A DNA stretch of 64,000 bases, from NCBI RefSeq assembly GCF_009834535.1, contig NC_045696.1:22012001-22076000 (forward strand), read 5' to 3'. The notes under the pieces were generated by a model. The model did not search any database. It was not told where the DNA came from and was given only the letters and a program-made list of their open reading frames with translations. Below, in pieces: positions 14,171 to 28,227 of the stretch. The DNA is from Camelus ferus. Taxonomy: Eukaryota. How positions within the stretch are numbered: position 1 is the stretch's first letter; every line of letters starts with the position of its first letter. The position numbers and the translations under genes are program-made.

Positions 14171-17100
14171 ATAACAAAGTAAATGGGGAATTTGTAGCTT
14201 TAGAGGTCTCATGTACACGAACTTTCCAGATGAAATTAAAATGTAAATTTAATTATTCTATGAATAGTCTTTTCTGAAGTATGAGTCTAAATGAAGCAGA
14301 AATTTTCAAACTGTTGTTTACTGATTGTTGCCAGATGTTCTTGGCTTCTATTTCATTTGCCTAAATGTAACACAGGAAAAAACTAAACAGGACAAGACAG
14401 AAACTAGCAGTTGCAGACCTAACACATCTGTGGCACCACTGGCTCATGTTAAAAATGGTAGGTGTCAGGTATCTGGTTAACTTGATCAAAATAGATCAAG
14501 CAAATCAGAAATAGATCGTGCAAACCAAAGTTCTCTAAGATTTCCAGACAGACATTGATTATGTTAGATCACAGGGAAAGTGAGGTTTTGGCAGTGTTTA
14601 CAGATATTCACTGATAGTTAAACCAGGGATTCTTTGTCTGGAAATAATCCTCAACCTGTTGGAAACAAACAATTCAAAATAAACCTTTTCAAAACAAACA
14701 CTGAAACAGACAAACTAATTCTTACATAAAGGACAACACTGTCCACAAAGAAGGGTACCCACTTACTCGGAAAAAAAAAATCAGTCCCCTCTATAGCACA
14801 GCTGCCAGGTCACTCCCACTAAACTCCTTAATACACAAAATTGTTGGCTTTTAGTTTTTAAACTGAAATAAATTAATTCTCTTTGGTTTGGGCACTTTCA
14901 TGTATACATTTAAGTATGCATGTGTTGTGCTTGTGTCTGTGTGTGAATCTATTTTACAGATATTCTTTCTGTACTTTTAATATCATTTTTCCTGCTTAGA
15001 TACATGTTACAGCTTTTTGCAGGTCATTCACGTGTAAAATACGAAACACGTGTACCTATCATTCCCTAAATGAGATGGATTTGATACAAAAAAAGACATT
15101 TTTTAAATTTTATTTCAACTTCAAAGGTAGCTTTTCTCTCCTGAAGAAATTTCAAAACATGAGTGTTATGTTAATTTGTATAATCTCTGATTTAACAAGT
15201 CTCTTGATTAAATACTTTTCTCAGTCAAAGATGAACAACAGAGTGTGATTATGCACTCTGAATACATTTTCCCATAACTGTGTATGTTTGTGATTTTTTT
15301 GGCAAGTTGTCTCTATTGATGGGAGAATAAAAGCCATTAACAGATTAAATTTAAAGTGATTTCATTTTAACCAAACACTCTTTATTTTTCTGGTGCCTTT
15401 CTCTGAGTATTAATGCAAAAGGTCATAAACGGGTGAAACCGAAGTAGGGACAGAAGAGAGATGGAGCAGGCTGGTGGCACACCTTCTGCTGGATACTAGA
15501 GAGAAGCTGTAAAAAGATGCAGACGCCAAAGGCAGAGAAGAAGGAGGAGAAAGAGGTGTTTTTCTGGCCAGAAAGATGATGACTGAGATGTTCTCATCAT
15601 CTGGAATTTTCCCAATCTGACATTTTTTTAATGTAAATACAGTAAACTCTATTTGACAAATAGATTAGCAAATTAGAATGGTTTTTATCTAACTCAATTT
15701 GGGGGTATACTCTCTGCAGTAAAGAGCTATGGGTTCCTGGAATGGTATTCCTGGCACATCCAACTAAGTAAAAGAATGAACAAAGGAAACCCTTTCAGTT
15801 GACACTTTTGAGGATTAGCTGACTGCCTTTCATGAAGGATGTGTTACTTCTCAACAACAATTCGCACTAGATTTATTAACTACTTGCTATACTCGTGATA
15901 ATGTAATTTATTTTCTCAAAGCTTTTTGTATTTCAGGGGAAAAATACTACTTTATAAGCTGGGCTCCCCTCCAGTTTTTCTGAAAGTTTCCTTTCTACGG
16001 ACACATCTGGCAGTAAAAGAGCTCCCATGCCCAGGTATCGATATTATGCATAATTACTCACAGATGGCCAGTGAGCCACCCGCCCTGCACAGCACAGACA
16101 AATCCTCCGGGTCAGCTTGTCCATCTGCATCAAACCTCTACAACAGAACTCTAGGGAATCCATGTTTCAGAACCACTACCCAAACCCCCTTCAGCTCATG
16201 AGAAAACTGCTTTCAGATCAAAAATGGGAATAAATTAAAACTCTGACCTCTCATCCAGCACGATAAAATAGATTTGATAATATCTTCAATTCTTCACATT
16301 GAAGAACAGAAGTTCAATTTATAAGAAAATAAGGTATTTAGCTACTCATGGGCTTCAAAGTACAACAAATAAATAAACAAAGCTTTTAGGATAAGTTTAG
16401 GTTACACCTTTGAGAGAAGATAAATGTTCTTGATTCCTCATTTTTGAGAAAAATATAGAGAAAATGTAAGTTCTCTCTACTTTGCCCATGTCCTTAAAAA
16501 TAGGTCCCTGTACACTTACCCATTGATCTCTGGGGTAATCCAGCTCCACATTTGGAAGACCCTGAATTTATTGGTGTGGTTTGATCTAGCCAGGACCAGG
16601 AAACTTCCTATAAATTTCTATTCATGGAATTGAATTTGTCTCACTCCCAATTCTTTTTAACGTCTCCAGCTCTTTTGATGTGGTCACATTAAAGACCGGA
16701 GAAGAAACAATGAAAACCTTAGGGGAAGCAAACACTAGTCCCTTTTTCCTTCTTCAAATAAGTCCATTCACTGTTGTCTATCCTTTTTATGACCTCTCAC
16801 ATACTGAGAATTTATCACCCAAAGTTTGTTTATATTTGAGAAGCACTGTGTTACCATCCATTTATCTTCCTTTAACAAAAACCATAATAGCAATATAATC
16901 TCATCCTCAAGACATAGTTTAAAGTTTTGTTAAGAGGTGTGTTTGTAGCCTGCTCTTAGGGATTAAAAATCACAGTTTAAGAACTGTGGTGAGACAGTAA
17001 ATCAGACTTCTCCTTGCTCAGAAGCAAGGAGAAGGATCAGCTGGGGATAGGTAAGTTAAATGATATTCTTTCCTTAGTCACTACTTAATTTGCTGATCTT

Positions 17101-17482
17101 GTTTCAATACTTGCCCACAACATTTTCCCCAGACATCTCTGAAAGGATTTTAAATAAGGATGCTTTTCCTTGAGCCATCTGGCGGCTTCCTGGAAAGCAG
17201 CAGTGCAAGATGTCCCTTCTCACAGAGATTGATTAGATTCACAGAGGAACCTTTCAAAGCTGGTCATTTACAACAAGATGCTCACTGCGGGCCAAACTTG
17301 CTTTTAGGTAGCTCTAGCTGAACTCATACTAACATGGGCAATCAGCACTTCAAAGATAATGAGCTTACTTCTCAGACACAAAGAGGTGGTAAAAGAACAG
17401 ACTACAGTAACACTGAAGTTTCATGCAAAGGGAAAGAGGCAAAAGAATCTCCCCAAAAGGTGAACATTCAGATACAGTGTGT

Positions 17483-18195
17483 CATTCACTCAACAAGCAT
17501 TTATGGAGAACCTACTATGTAGCAGACATTATTAGGTCCTAGGAATACAGACCTGACAGAGACACAGTCCTTGCTACCCAGAAGCTCATGATCTTACAAA
17601 GGAGAAAGCCTTATAAGCAAATATACTGCACTTGAGTTTGAAGGTTACTGAATAATACATAAGTAAAACATGAAAGTCTGAACCAATCCCAGTGAGAAAT
17701 AAACCCAGCAGAAAAGAGAGTACAAACAAGAGATATAAACAAATATTGTTTCTTGAAGAGTAACGATGCGGGAGATGTGGAGAGAAAAGCATTCAGGTTT
17801 GGGGAACTGCGTGGGGAAGGCAGGAGGAATCCAGGAGAAGCTGGACGAGAGATCCAGGCTGGAGAGGCATCAGGGCATCAGTATGGGTTAAAGTCATGCA
17901 AGAAGATAACAGTGCATCTTCCTGGAAGGAAAGGAAAAGACCAAAAACAGATTCTGAACCATACCAAGTTTGGGGAGATAACAGAATAAGAGAATCTGGT
18001 GAAGGAGATCGAGAAGGAATAGTTGGTGAGAGAGGAGACCAAAAGACAATGGCTTTGGAGAGGCCAAAAAAAGTTTCAAAACAAGGAGCCATTGATTGTA
18101 TCAAATGTCTCAGAAAAGTTAAGATGAGGACTGGAAAACATTTCTGGGATTTGAACATCAAGAAACTATTAGTGAACTTGGCCAGAGCAGTCAAC
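17483..18195 (-). mobile_element. L2 LINE fragment with RT-domain remnant
   Basis: cattcactcaacaagcatttatggagaacctactatgt is the antisense L2 tail; ORF 17793..18221(-) TALAKFTNSFLMFKSQKCFPVLIL resembles L2 RT TALxKVTNDLLxAKSxGxFSVLIL. Confidence 0.85.
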
Positions 18196-21100
18196 AGAGC
18201 CTTGAAAGCAGGATCTATCACATGCTGTGCATATTGGTGTGTGACGAGCCATTTAATCTATCATCCAACATAACCTTAACTTAAGAACTGAACAGATCCC
18301 ATTAGCTGAGAACCTGGAATATTTATTTATTCAGTGATTAGTCTCAGCTTTTACACAGGAAAATTCAGGCCAGCTATACGAGACAGTGTTTCTGTCAACC
18401 TGCCCACAATATTCTAAATCCAATTAGCTTAGACACCAGTGGGGATGCTGCACAGGGTCTGGGGAAACCTCTGTGGCCAGGCTTAACCCCTCATTTGCTG
18501 CATTGTGGAGAAGTCCAGGGTATCCCCCAGAAAAAGGGCTGTGGCTCTGGGTTGGAGAGGATGTAGTGGCTTTTTGCCAAGAGTGTAGAAATGTATCACT
18601 ATTTTACCAACCTATAAGGCCACATCAATATATACACAGTGATTATCAACCTTCAAATAACTAATAAGCAAAGTTGATCATATCGATCATTTCAACTTGG
18701 AATTATTAACTCTTCAATCTTAGAGGTATAAGTGGTAACATGTTTTTTCTCAATTTACTTGTGTATCCTGTATTCAACTTGCACATACTGAATACATTTT
18801 GCTTTGTTTCAGAATCCAATATGGTTTAGACAATGGTAAATCTAAAACAGGTGGAAGGTCACCCCTTGTGACCCTAAATTCTATTCAGGGAAATAAATTG
18901 TGTATATCTAAAACAACCATCAATAATTAGCAAATCTAAGCAATGGTGTGGCAATGAGAAAAAATAAACTTTATATAATCCTGGTGGGGCCAAGCTCAAG
19001 GGAGTCATCAGAATGGCATAATGTTATTTAAGGGTTTCAGAGGTGAGACTTGTGCCAAAAAATAGGGTATTAACGGAAATACTTTTTGTGTAAATGAAAC
19101 TGAAACTCTTTTTTAGTCCTCTACGCTCACACTTCGTCACAAAGTAAACAAGAGTGAAACTTTATAAGAGTCAGCTGGTGGAGAAAAGCAAGCTCTCCAC
19201 TCAACAGACCAGAATCCCATGCCTTTCTCTGTGACTCTTTATGGTGAGACCCTGGAGAAACAATCTGCCTTTTATCTTTTTTTGGTCTCAACTGGACTTT
19301 TACATAAATGGACTCTTTGGATTACCTGCTTTCTAATATCTGCTCCAGTTCCAGGAGTCTGATCTTGCAGTTCTAAGATTCAAAGTCCTCTCTGGCTGAA
19401 GAACAAGGCCAGCATTAGAAGAGAGCAAATTGTGTGTTTGAGCCACCAAAGAGTAGGTCAGAATGAAGAGTTACCTACAGGGATCTGACAACAGTATCTT
19501 GAAGAGCAGATAGGCACATTGTTACATCACCCAACACAGGATGGGCTTCTCTGCCAACTCCTCATCCCCATTATTATCTGCTCCCTTACCATCTCATCAC
19601 TGTTCACCAATCATGATGTCAGTGCTGATACCATGGAAGTTTCTGATAATACTTTAGAGCACAGCCACTATTATCTTTTAAAGGGCAGTGATTCTGTTTT
19701 AATTTCCTGAAAATTCTAACTATGATTAGACTGTATTTGTTATAATATTGAATCACCTTTTTTAATTGAAACTACCATATTAAAATAACATCCAAGCTGT
19801 CCTAAGTATGGAAATGTAGGAAAATAATTTTGTCTCTCTTTCCTGATAAGACCTACTTACTTTCTCTAAATTGTAAATATAAATGCCAATTGACTCAGAC
19901 CACTCAGACCATGGACTGTTAACTTTTGGAAAGTCAAAGAGGAAAATGAGGTAATTTCCTATACTTGAATTAAACTTACATTCTTTACAATAACAGATTT
20001 TGTTCTTAATTGTAATAAATACTGTAGTCTATGACTTTGCACATTTTCCTTTGAGAAAATCTTCCTTTTTTATTTACCTCATTTTTATATGATAAATGAG
20101 AAATTTCTCAAGTTAATAATCATGATCAAAATCCACTTTTTTCAGTCGAAAGTCAGAGTGTAGAATTTCCTGAAGCTGTTTTCTGAATTTCAAATGGCTC
20201 ACTGTTTCAGAAAAGAGATTTCCTTAAATTATGTCCATACATCATCAAACATCCATGTAGATATTGAGAAATTATGAGGGAATGAGAAGACAAAAAACTC
20301 AGTGAACTGAGTAAGGTTGATTGGGAAGTTTCAAAGACACATGCATCTTCCACTTGAACCAAGGATTCACCATTGTTCTAGTTTTCTTTCATAACCTGAC
20401 CCTGATTACTTTTAAGGGCACAATCAGAAAGAGGCAGGAGGTTTGATACCCCATACCCGGGACTAAAAGCTGAGAGCAAAAATATTTCATAGCAATAGCA
20501 CTCATCTGAAAAGCCAATTTAGTAAACTGTGTACCTTCCCCCTGATTTTTGAAAAATCTTCCTAATTCTTTATTTCCTTCTAGTGAGGGTGACCGCATGC
20601 ATCCTTAACATAGGAGGAGCAAGTGTTTTTGTCTTCATGAGCAAGCAAGAAAGAGCGAGTTGAAGAGACTCAAGCAAAGGGAAAACATCCATGGAACAGA
20701 GTAGTGTCAGCCAGAAAAGACAAGGAACTCAGGCTAGATGCCCCAGTTTTGCACCAAAACAGCATGAACACACTGAGCGCCCCCAGGCCAGGAAAGTACC
20801 TTCAGGCTCAGCACTGAAAGACCCGTGTGTAGTCCCCCTGTATTCAGAGAGTGGGCTGAATTTTCCAGCTTATGGTCAAAGGCTCTGGTGCTAAATAAAC
20901 CTGCCCTTATTTTTCTGCTCTCTACTCGTGTTTATTTCCAGCAAGTTTAGACACAAACAGCATCTCAGACTCCTCCTTTCTCACTAACTTCCACTGAGAA
21001 AATCTTAATTTTGGTTTTACAGTCTTCCCTATTTGTGTCCCTTTGGCTCACAGCACTGGGTGTTTATTCCTACCAGGAGTCTGAAGGGAACAGATGAGCA

Positions 21101-21254
21101 TCTGAATTTCGATACTTTTGCAAGCTGGCTCCGCACACAGACACTGAACAAATGCTTTTGAAGACAATGTTTTTGGAAGAGTAAAATTTTAGAAAAAAGT
21201 AGTAGGATACCAGGATGTATTCACAGGAGAGTCACTTGCCAGGAGTCAGGAAGC

Positions 21255-21765
21255 CACCTTCTACTCCTTCCTGGCAATGGTCTGACCCTAAAAGAATACT
21301 GTGTCCAGTGTTTGTCTTTGCAGTTTAAAATGAATATGAAGAAATCTGAGAGGGGCTAGAAGAGAACAAAAGTGGTAAAATACACTGAGGGAAAAAAAAG
21401 AAGAAAAGCAGTTATTTGGAGAAAAGATTAAAGACACCAAGACTGTTTAATCTGGAAAAGAGAAGCCTAGGGGGAGATTTAATGAGAAGTGTCAGAGTGA
21501 GTAAAAATATCAACCAAATTATTCTGCATCTTGACCAAGGAAAGAATGCAGGAAACGTGCTAAAATTGGAGTGAGGGCAAGAGAGTTTGGTTAGGCATAA
21601 GGAAGAAACTGTTGACTTTGACATTGGAACTCTGGAGTATATTGCCAAAAAAGGTGTAAAATTTCTTGGAAATATTACTAACAATCTGTACTAATTGATG
21701 AAGGCAGTTCTCTGCCACAAGAAGAATATTTAAACCAGATAACTTCTTGAAGTCCCCGTTTCGGG
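21255..21765 (+). mobile_element. CR1/L3 LINE 3' fragment (ORF2 C-terminus)
   Basis: My translation gives EYCVQCLSLQFK from 21294 and YLEKRLKTPRLFNLEKRSLGGDLM from 21413, matching CR1 LEYCVQFWxPxYK and YEERLxELGLFSLEKRRLRGDL. Confidence 0.88.
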
Positions 21766-22249
21766 TCATGTTTATATTAAATTCACTACCTAAAAAGTAA
21801 GATCAGATCAAAATTCTCAAGCCCAAAACATTTTGCTCATAAAGGGTATTTAGGTCTCTGACACCTCCAAGTTTTAGTTGATTAGATTTAAGAAGCCTGA
21901 AGTTTGTGCTGAAAGATTTTTTTAAAATATTTCTATAATGTATCTTTGTCTCTTTTCTTCATCAGAGTTTCTTTTTAGTAGTTAGGATCTCTCAGGACCT
22001 TGAGGTTACTGAAAAGAAGATAAGGACATTCTGGTTTATAGTATATGAGACATCCAAATCGACCTTCTGGTCAAGGCTTATATTTAAAAAGGTAAAAATT
22101 AAAACCATCTCCCATTTCTATAACCGATGGTCCCTTACCAGATGAGTTTCCTTCACCACATTAGTAACAGCCTATCCCATGTGGTTTCCTAAGGCCCAAA
22201 TGAACAAAAATGGAGGAGAAAAGAGAGAGAGAAAGATAACAAAGAAGTG

Positions 22250-22600
22250 AGAGTAAGACCAGGCGGTGTAAAAGAACAATAAGACGTCTGAACATTATTT
22301 TGACGGGGTGGGCGGACATTGAAAGATTTTGGGTAGGAAAGCTATATAATGTTTATTTTACTGAAATCATTCTGCAAGTGCAGAAAATGGAATAGAGTGA
22401 GGTGATACTAGATGTGAGGTATGATGATGGCTTAAATATGATAGTGGCAATCAAGGTAGAGCAGGTCAAGTGGTTCCAGAGATATTTAAGAGGCAGAGTG
22501 ATTAATCTGATGTAACATAGGGTTGGTGAATGAGAGAAAAATCAAGGAAAATTCTCAGGTATCTGATATAAAGGACTGGGAGGACAGAGGTGCTTCTTTT
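22250..22600 (-). mobile_element. L2 LINE fragment
   Basis: gatgtgaggtatgatgatggcttaaa..agagatatttaagaggcaga..aatcaaggaaaattctcagg follows the antisense L2 pattern. Confidence 0.65.
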
Positions 22601-25198
22601 CCAACTCAGTCACTGCAAACCTAAAAGCTGCAAGGGTGGATACGAGAAGACTCCCTGCATTTATAAGAACTTCTCAAAAATCTTTTTCTTCCCGGATCAA
22701 AGGCATCGGCATTCAGTTGAACAAATAATTGGACTGCCTTTAACATATTTCTGAACCTTTGCTGAGATAGCCTTGTTTAATCCTCAAAACTTACTTAACA
22801 AATGTCATATCTGACAAATACCCCAAAAACTACTTGGCAAATGAAGTACTGGAGACAGCAAACCATAGAATTAGTAAGAGGGCATGCAAGTCTGGAATGC
22901 AAACGACCTGACTTGCTTCACAGCACTTCGGGCTTTTGTAAAAATCCTATTCTCAAAACTCAAGTGGTTTTTCCCCCTGAAGTATATCATTCCAAAGGGC
23001 AAATCAAAACTTCAACCGCTGAACTTCAACTGAATCTATGTGCAATAGCAGATCCACTCATTATATGATTTTCAGGTGTATTTGGCAACTCTAAGATGAG
23101 CTGCTCTGGTGGCTTCTGCATTAGCACTCTCCTGGCGACTGTAGAAGTGTCGTCATGCAGAGTTTTAATTGAATCTGCCTAACACTCTCCTGGAGATTAA
23201 AGGTAAGTGTTTCCAAGAGGAAAGAAAAGTAATAGAACAGAAGAGCTTAAAGTTAGGTTGTAAGGTTTTAAGAGAAAAGAGTAGAACAATTGTATAGCGT
23301 TTATATCAATGACAATAATAGCACAAACTCGACTAAAGCAATACTTAATTCAGGGTTTGTTCTCAGGGAAACTGTCTCAGACGGACAACAGGAGGTCAAG
23401 AGCAGCCATTTAATCATTCCATGAATGCCATTTACAATCACAAAGTGAATCTCCAGGAATATTATTATTTAATCCCATGACTTTAGGCAGGCAAGGTCAT
23501 TTAAGGGAAATAAAAGAAATCATAATTATTTTTAAACTGGCCATTTTGATTCAATTGGTCAAGGTGGTAGGCTGAAAATTTATGAGAAGAGAATTGCTCT
23601 TCGGTTTAAAACACCTTAATGACAAGTTTATTTATGGCAATTTCTGAGTGAATGAAATGGAGACAAAACATATTCTAGTCATAATTCTTAACTAAAAGGT
23701 TTTCTTCAAACACACTTATAATATTTAACTTGCAACTGAAAAGCCAAGGGTGTGACACAATTAGGTTGCACTTCCAGAATATATATGCTTTTACACTTCT
23801 CACCTAACCAATTTAATCTGGAAAATTTTTTAAGCCAAATGTATTATCCAGCATGACTCTACAACTTTCTAGAAATTGAGTCCTAAAGTCCACTAAATTA
23901 CATCTGAGAATTGGGAATCCATTTCCTTCCAGAAATTATTGACAAAAAGAAACAAAGCCTAGATTGTTCTAAGCATCTTCAAGTCTCCAGCATGTTACTG
24001 TTGGAACCACCATTAAAACTGTACTCAGTTCATAACTTGTGAAAACAGTTCCCAATCAGAAGTAAGCTGAAAGCAATCAAACTGTTACATAATTAGACAT
24101 TCTAAGTCCATATCCAAATTTAGCATTCCACAGAGTCAAAGGTACCCCATGGAGCAATTTTTTAAATCACACGATGCTGACCTAACAATCTATGAGTGAT
24201 TTCTCCATATTCACACCCAGTAATACATTACCAAACGGAGAAATCCTTTCCACAGTCTTCACTTAATATATACTGAGCACCTCCCACTGCAGGGATGGGG
24301 CACCAGAGTGTAAGCAATAGAGAGCTCAAGTCCTTGTTTTTCAATTTAGCATTAGGTGGATTCTGATGTTATGCCCCCAATTTAGCAGGCAAAGGAGAAC
24401 TCAAGAATTTCCAACCTGCAATGAGGCACTTGTCATTCAATACTTTCAGATATGAAAGGTCATTATTATTGAACAAAAACAGAAGTTTCTAAAACAATCT
24501 TGAGAATCTTTTTTCATATTCAACTTTGGCCAGTAGAGGCCAACTAATTCACTCTGTTAGTTCACCTCATACAGAGTAAGGCTGATAGTAAAGAAATCAT
24601 CAAATCTATTATTTCTAAGAAGTTTGTCTGTGTGCCCACCACTTTCACCCCCCTAGTCGCTGTTAGCAAAGAAAATGAAACATTTCTCAGCAAAAATGCA
24701 GTTGTGGGCACGGAGGGGAAGTGCTGACAGTCTAAATAATGGTTACATAAACATTGATCTCTAAACTTATGTTCTTTCTAACTTCGGAAAGGTCAAGCAT
24801 CCTTGTAACTCAAAAGGAAGCTATAGGAACACTATGACCCTCATGAGCATGCTATTCTGCATTAATATCCATTCAAGACTAATTTCCACACCAGGACAAA
24901 TATTCATATTAAAGAGAAAATTCCGTAGTTCTCACATCAGGGACTCATGGTCCCAATTGAACAATTCAGTTATTGGCCTTAGGAAGAGTACTTTTAGTAT
25001 AGTCACTTTGAAAAGTCCATGAAAACTGATTTTGACTAGTCACTTGTCAATTTCTCTACCTCATATCAAATAGTATCAAGTCCTTATAAATATGGCTACA
25101 GCTTAAGAGAGAAAAAGACAATTTTTCACAAGCTCATTTTTCATCTCATTCTGCAACTTCCTCACAGTAATTAGGGAGAAATAAAAATGTGTCCTCTA

Positions 25199-25638
25199 GA
25201 GACATATCTCATTTATGCTTCACTTTATTGCTCTTTGCAGATATTGAATTTTTTACAAACTGAAAGTTTGTGGCAACCTTGCTTCGAGCAAGTCTATTAA
25301 CGCCATTTTTCCAACATTATTTGCTCACTTTGTATCTCTGTATCACATTTTGGTGATTCCTATAATATTTCAACCCCTCCATCAGCAAAAATATTAAAAC
25401 TCACTGAAGACTCAGATGATGGTTAGCATTTTTTAGCAACAAAGTATTTTTTAATTAAGATTTGTAGTTTTTTTTTAGACATAAAGCTTCTGCACACATA
25501 ATAGACTACAGTATAGTGTAAACATAACTTTTATATGTACTGAGAAACCGAAAAAAATTGTGTGACTTGCTTCATTGCAATAGTCACTTTATCGTGGTGG
25601 TCTGGAATCGAACCCACAATATCTCCAAGGTATGCCTC
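25199..25638 (+). mobile_element. Tigger1-derived MITE (Tigger1a-like), Tc1/mariner superfamily
   Basis: Degenerate TIRs gagacatatctc..aaggtatgcctc (Tigger1 caggcatacctc); TA at the left flank; both Tigger1 ends joined without transposase. Confidence 0.9.
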
Positions 25639-26804
25639 AACTTATCTGGTCACTGCCCAGTTTCTCAGATATTTATAAGAAGCATCTGCACTAGAGAAGC
25701 CTGCTTCTGACTGCTGTTAGAGGTCATCATCATTGCTGTGTATGTGCTCATGTCAAGCTAAAAACATTTCACACCACAATCTTCAAGACCGACAACTTTT
25801 AAAGGTAACTATAAAGTCAGTTTTTCCTTTCCAATTATTCCCTACTAGTAGGGGGTCTTTTTTACTCAGTTTGAATTCTGCTGAGAGCTCTAAGCAGTGG
25901 TCAATCCAAGCTGCAATTGTTCTTTTTCTTCTACCATTTGAATCATCTGTCTTTCATCCTCCACCTTTCTAGGAACAACTTTCATACCCCAGAGAATTAC
26001 ACAGGAGACCAAGCCAAGGTTATAGTGAAAGAACTCCATCAAAAGGCTGCTCTCAATGGAAGAAAGAAAAGTTCTTCTTCTTTATTGTCCATCAAATCTA
26101 TCATGGTACCCTTCCCATCAGCACTTCAGTTCCCAGTTTTGTTTTCAGCAAAGCCTATCCTGATACAATTTGTGCCCATTTCTAACTGGATATGAAGAAA
26201 CTAGGTACATATTGTAATATTAGACCAAATCTTCTTCAAACTATTTCTTCAAAAATATGAGACCAACTCTTCTTCAAACTAGAAGTACCTCCCTTTGTTT
26301 TTATATTTGCCAAATGCAAAGAAAAGAATTGTCCCCTTTTTACTTGAAATAGAAGAGTTTCAGAACACTTCCTATACCAGAAAAATAATGCACAGCAACA
26401 GAAGTAGGTCCCAACTTGCAGTGGCCCCAGACACCCAACCTTTTCTTACAAGTTATGGCACAGTTATCAGTAAGCCTGACATCAGATCTCAGAATGCAAC
26501 CAAGAAAGTGAAGTTCAGAAGCTCTGACTGTAAGATATGTTAAGACAGACTTCTACTGTTAGTGACCCCAAAAACCCACAATAATGTCTTTGTCTAAGCC
26601 TAATGTATAGTTTTACCAGACCTGGGATCCTAACATGAAACCATCCTTCAATATTTCCTCATTGATCATTCTAAGCATCTCACATAATTATTCTTCCAGT
26701 TGAAAACTTGGGCAGTGAATGGAGAAGTCTATCATTGGCATAATGCTGGCTAACAAAAAGTATAGGTCAGCCTTAACCTTTTTGCAACTTTGGCTGAAAT
26801 GACA

Positions 26805-27155
26805 AAGAGTCAGTATAGGTGCTATCACTGATATGATAGAATGGGTGGTGTATACACAACAGAAATTTATTTCTCACTGTTCTAGAAACTGGGTAGTCCA
26901 AGATCAAGGTGCCAACAGGTTCTGTGCCTTGTAAGAGCCACTTGTTGACTCATAGATAGTCATCTTGCTATGTCCTCACATGGCAGAAGAGGTAAGGGAG
27001 CTCTCTGGGGTCTCTTTTATAAGGGCACTAATCGCATTCATGAGGGATCCACCCTTGTAACCTAATGAGAGCCCTAAGGCCACACCTCCAAATACCAATG
27101 GGGATTAGGTTGCAACTATAAATTTGGAGGGGAGGGGCATATTCAGTCCATAACA
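26805..27155 (-). mobile_element. MaLR LTR (MLT1A-like)
   Basis: caacagaaatttatttctcac..gtccaagatcaaggtgcc..gtcctcacatggcaga..ttttataagggcactaatc..attcagtccataaca. Confidence 0.88.
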
Positions 27156-27319
27156 ATATTTATATATACTTCTTTAATTATATAGGTAAATCATGACTGC
27201 ATATTAAAACATTTAAATATTTCAGATAAGATAAAAATTCTCCTTTGAGTAACACTCTCCCATCACTCCCCAGGGAAAACCCCTATTCTTGCAGCTTCCA
27301 CTGTCATCCTCTTGTAACC

Positions 27320-27617
27320 CTGCCACTTCAATGTTATGAAGAAGCCCAAACCAACTTACCAGAAGGTGAGAGATCATGTGGAGGAGAACTGAGGCATCTC
27401 AGCTGACATCCAGCACCCACTGCCACACATCAGAGTGAAGACAACTTGGACCCCCCAACCCCAGTAGAACCTTCAGATAATTGTATATTGAATGATCCCA
27501 GGTGAAACCAGGATAAGAACCTCCCAGATTTTCAACCTATAGGTAATGAGAAATAATAAACCATTGCTTTAAGACATCAAAGACTGGTTTGTTACACAGC
27601 AACAGATAATTGAAATA
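27320..27617 (+). mobile_element. MaLR LTR 3' half (MLT1F/G/H-like)
   Basis: gaagaagcccaa..catgtggaggagaactgagg..aataataaa..ttgttacacagcaacagataattgaaa. Confidence 0.75.
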
Positions 27618-27619
27618 TA

Positions 27620-28227
27620 TACTTTGACCATTTTTCTGTTAGGTTAGTTCTTTATCCTTTTTAGAATGTTGTTTTAACTTTTTTATTCTGAAATATACTC
27701 CTTTTTAAGTTTCACAGATATTTTCTTCTAGTCCATTATGGAAAAACAGAACCAGTAGGAAATATCTATTAACAGAGTTATTGTAGGGAATTGGTTTATG
27801 CAGTTGTAGACGCTGGCTAGGTAGGCTCAAAATTCATAGGGAAGGCCTCTTCAAATTGAACTGAAGCTGCAGTTCATGGGGCAGAATTTCTTCTCCTTCA
27901 AGGAAACCTCAAATCTGCTCTTAGGGCTTCCAAAAGATTAAATCAGGCCCATCTACATAATCTAAAGTAATCTCCTTTGCTTAAAGGCAAGTAGTAATGG
28001 AATTTAATAGCATCTTCAAAATATCTTCGCAGCAACACCTAGATTAGTATTTGAATAAATAATGGTGACTGTAGCTTACTCAAGCAGACATTTATGTAAA
28101 ATTAACCATCATACTTGTCTTTAAATTTATATGGTGATTTAATCAAAATTAAGTTTTTTTATTCTGATGTAATCAAATGTATTAATGCTCGTTATGGTTT
28201 TCGGTATCATATTTAAAAACTGCTTCT
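27620..28227 (-). mobile_element. Old L1M ORF2 fragment interrupted by the MLT2 LTR
   Basis: ctttgaccatttttctgtt..cagatattttcttctagtc before the LTR, continuing ttgtcttt..aagtttttttattctgatgtaatcaaat after it. Confidence 0.55.
27735..28112 (-). mobile_element. ERVL LTR (MLT2C/D-like)
   Basis: aaacagaaccagtagga..cagaatttcttctcc..ggaaacctc..gcagcaacacctagattagtatttga..aaattaaccatca. Confidence 0.85.

Noticed and set aside
15570..15625. C-box (ATGATGA) and D-box (CTGA) with a gatgatga/tcatcatc inverted repeat, suggesting a C/D snoRNA
   Set aside because: Box spacing of about 45 nt is too short, and the inverted repeat would pair with and sequester the C box.
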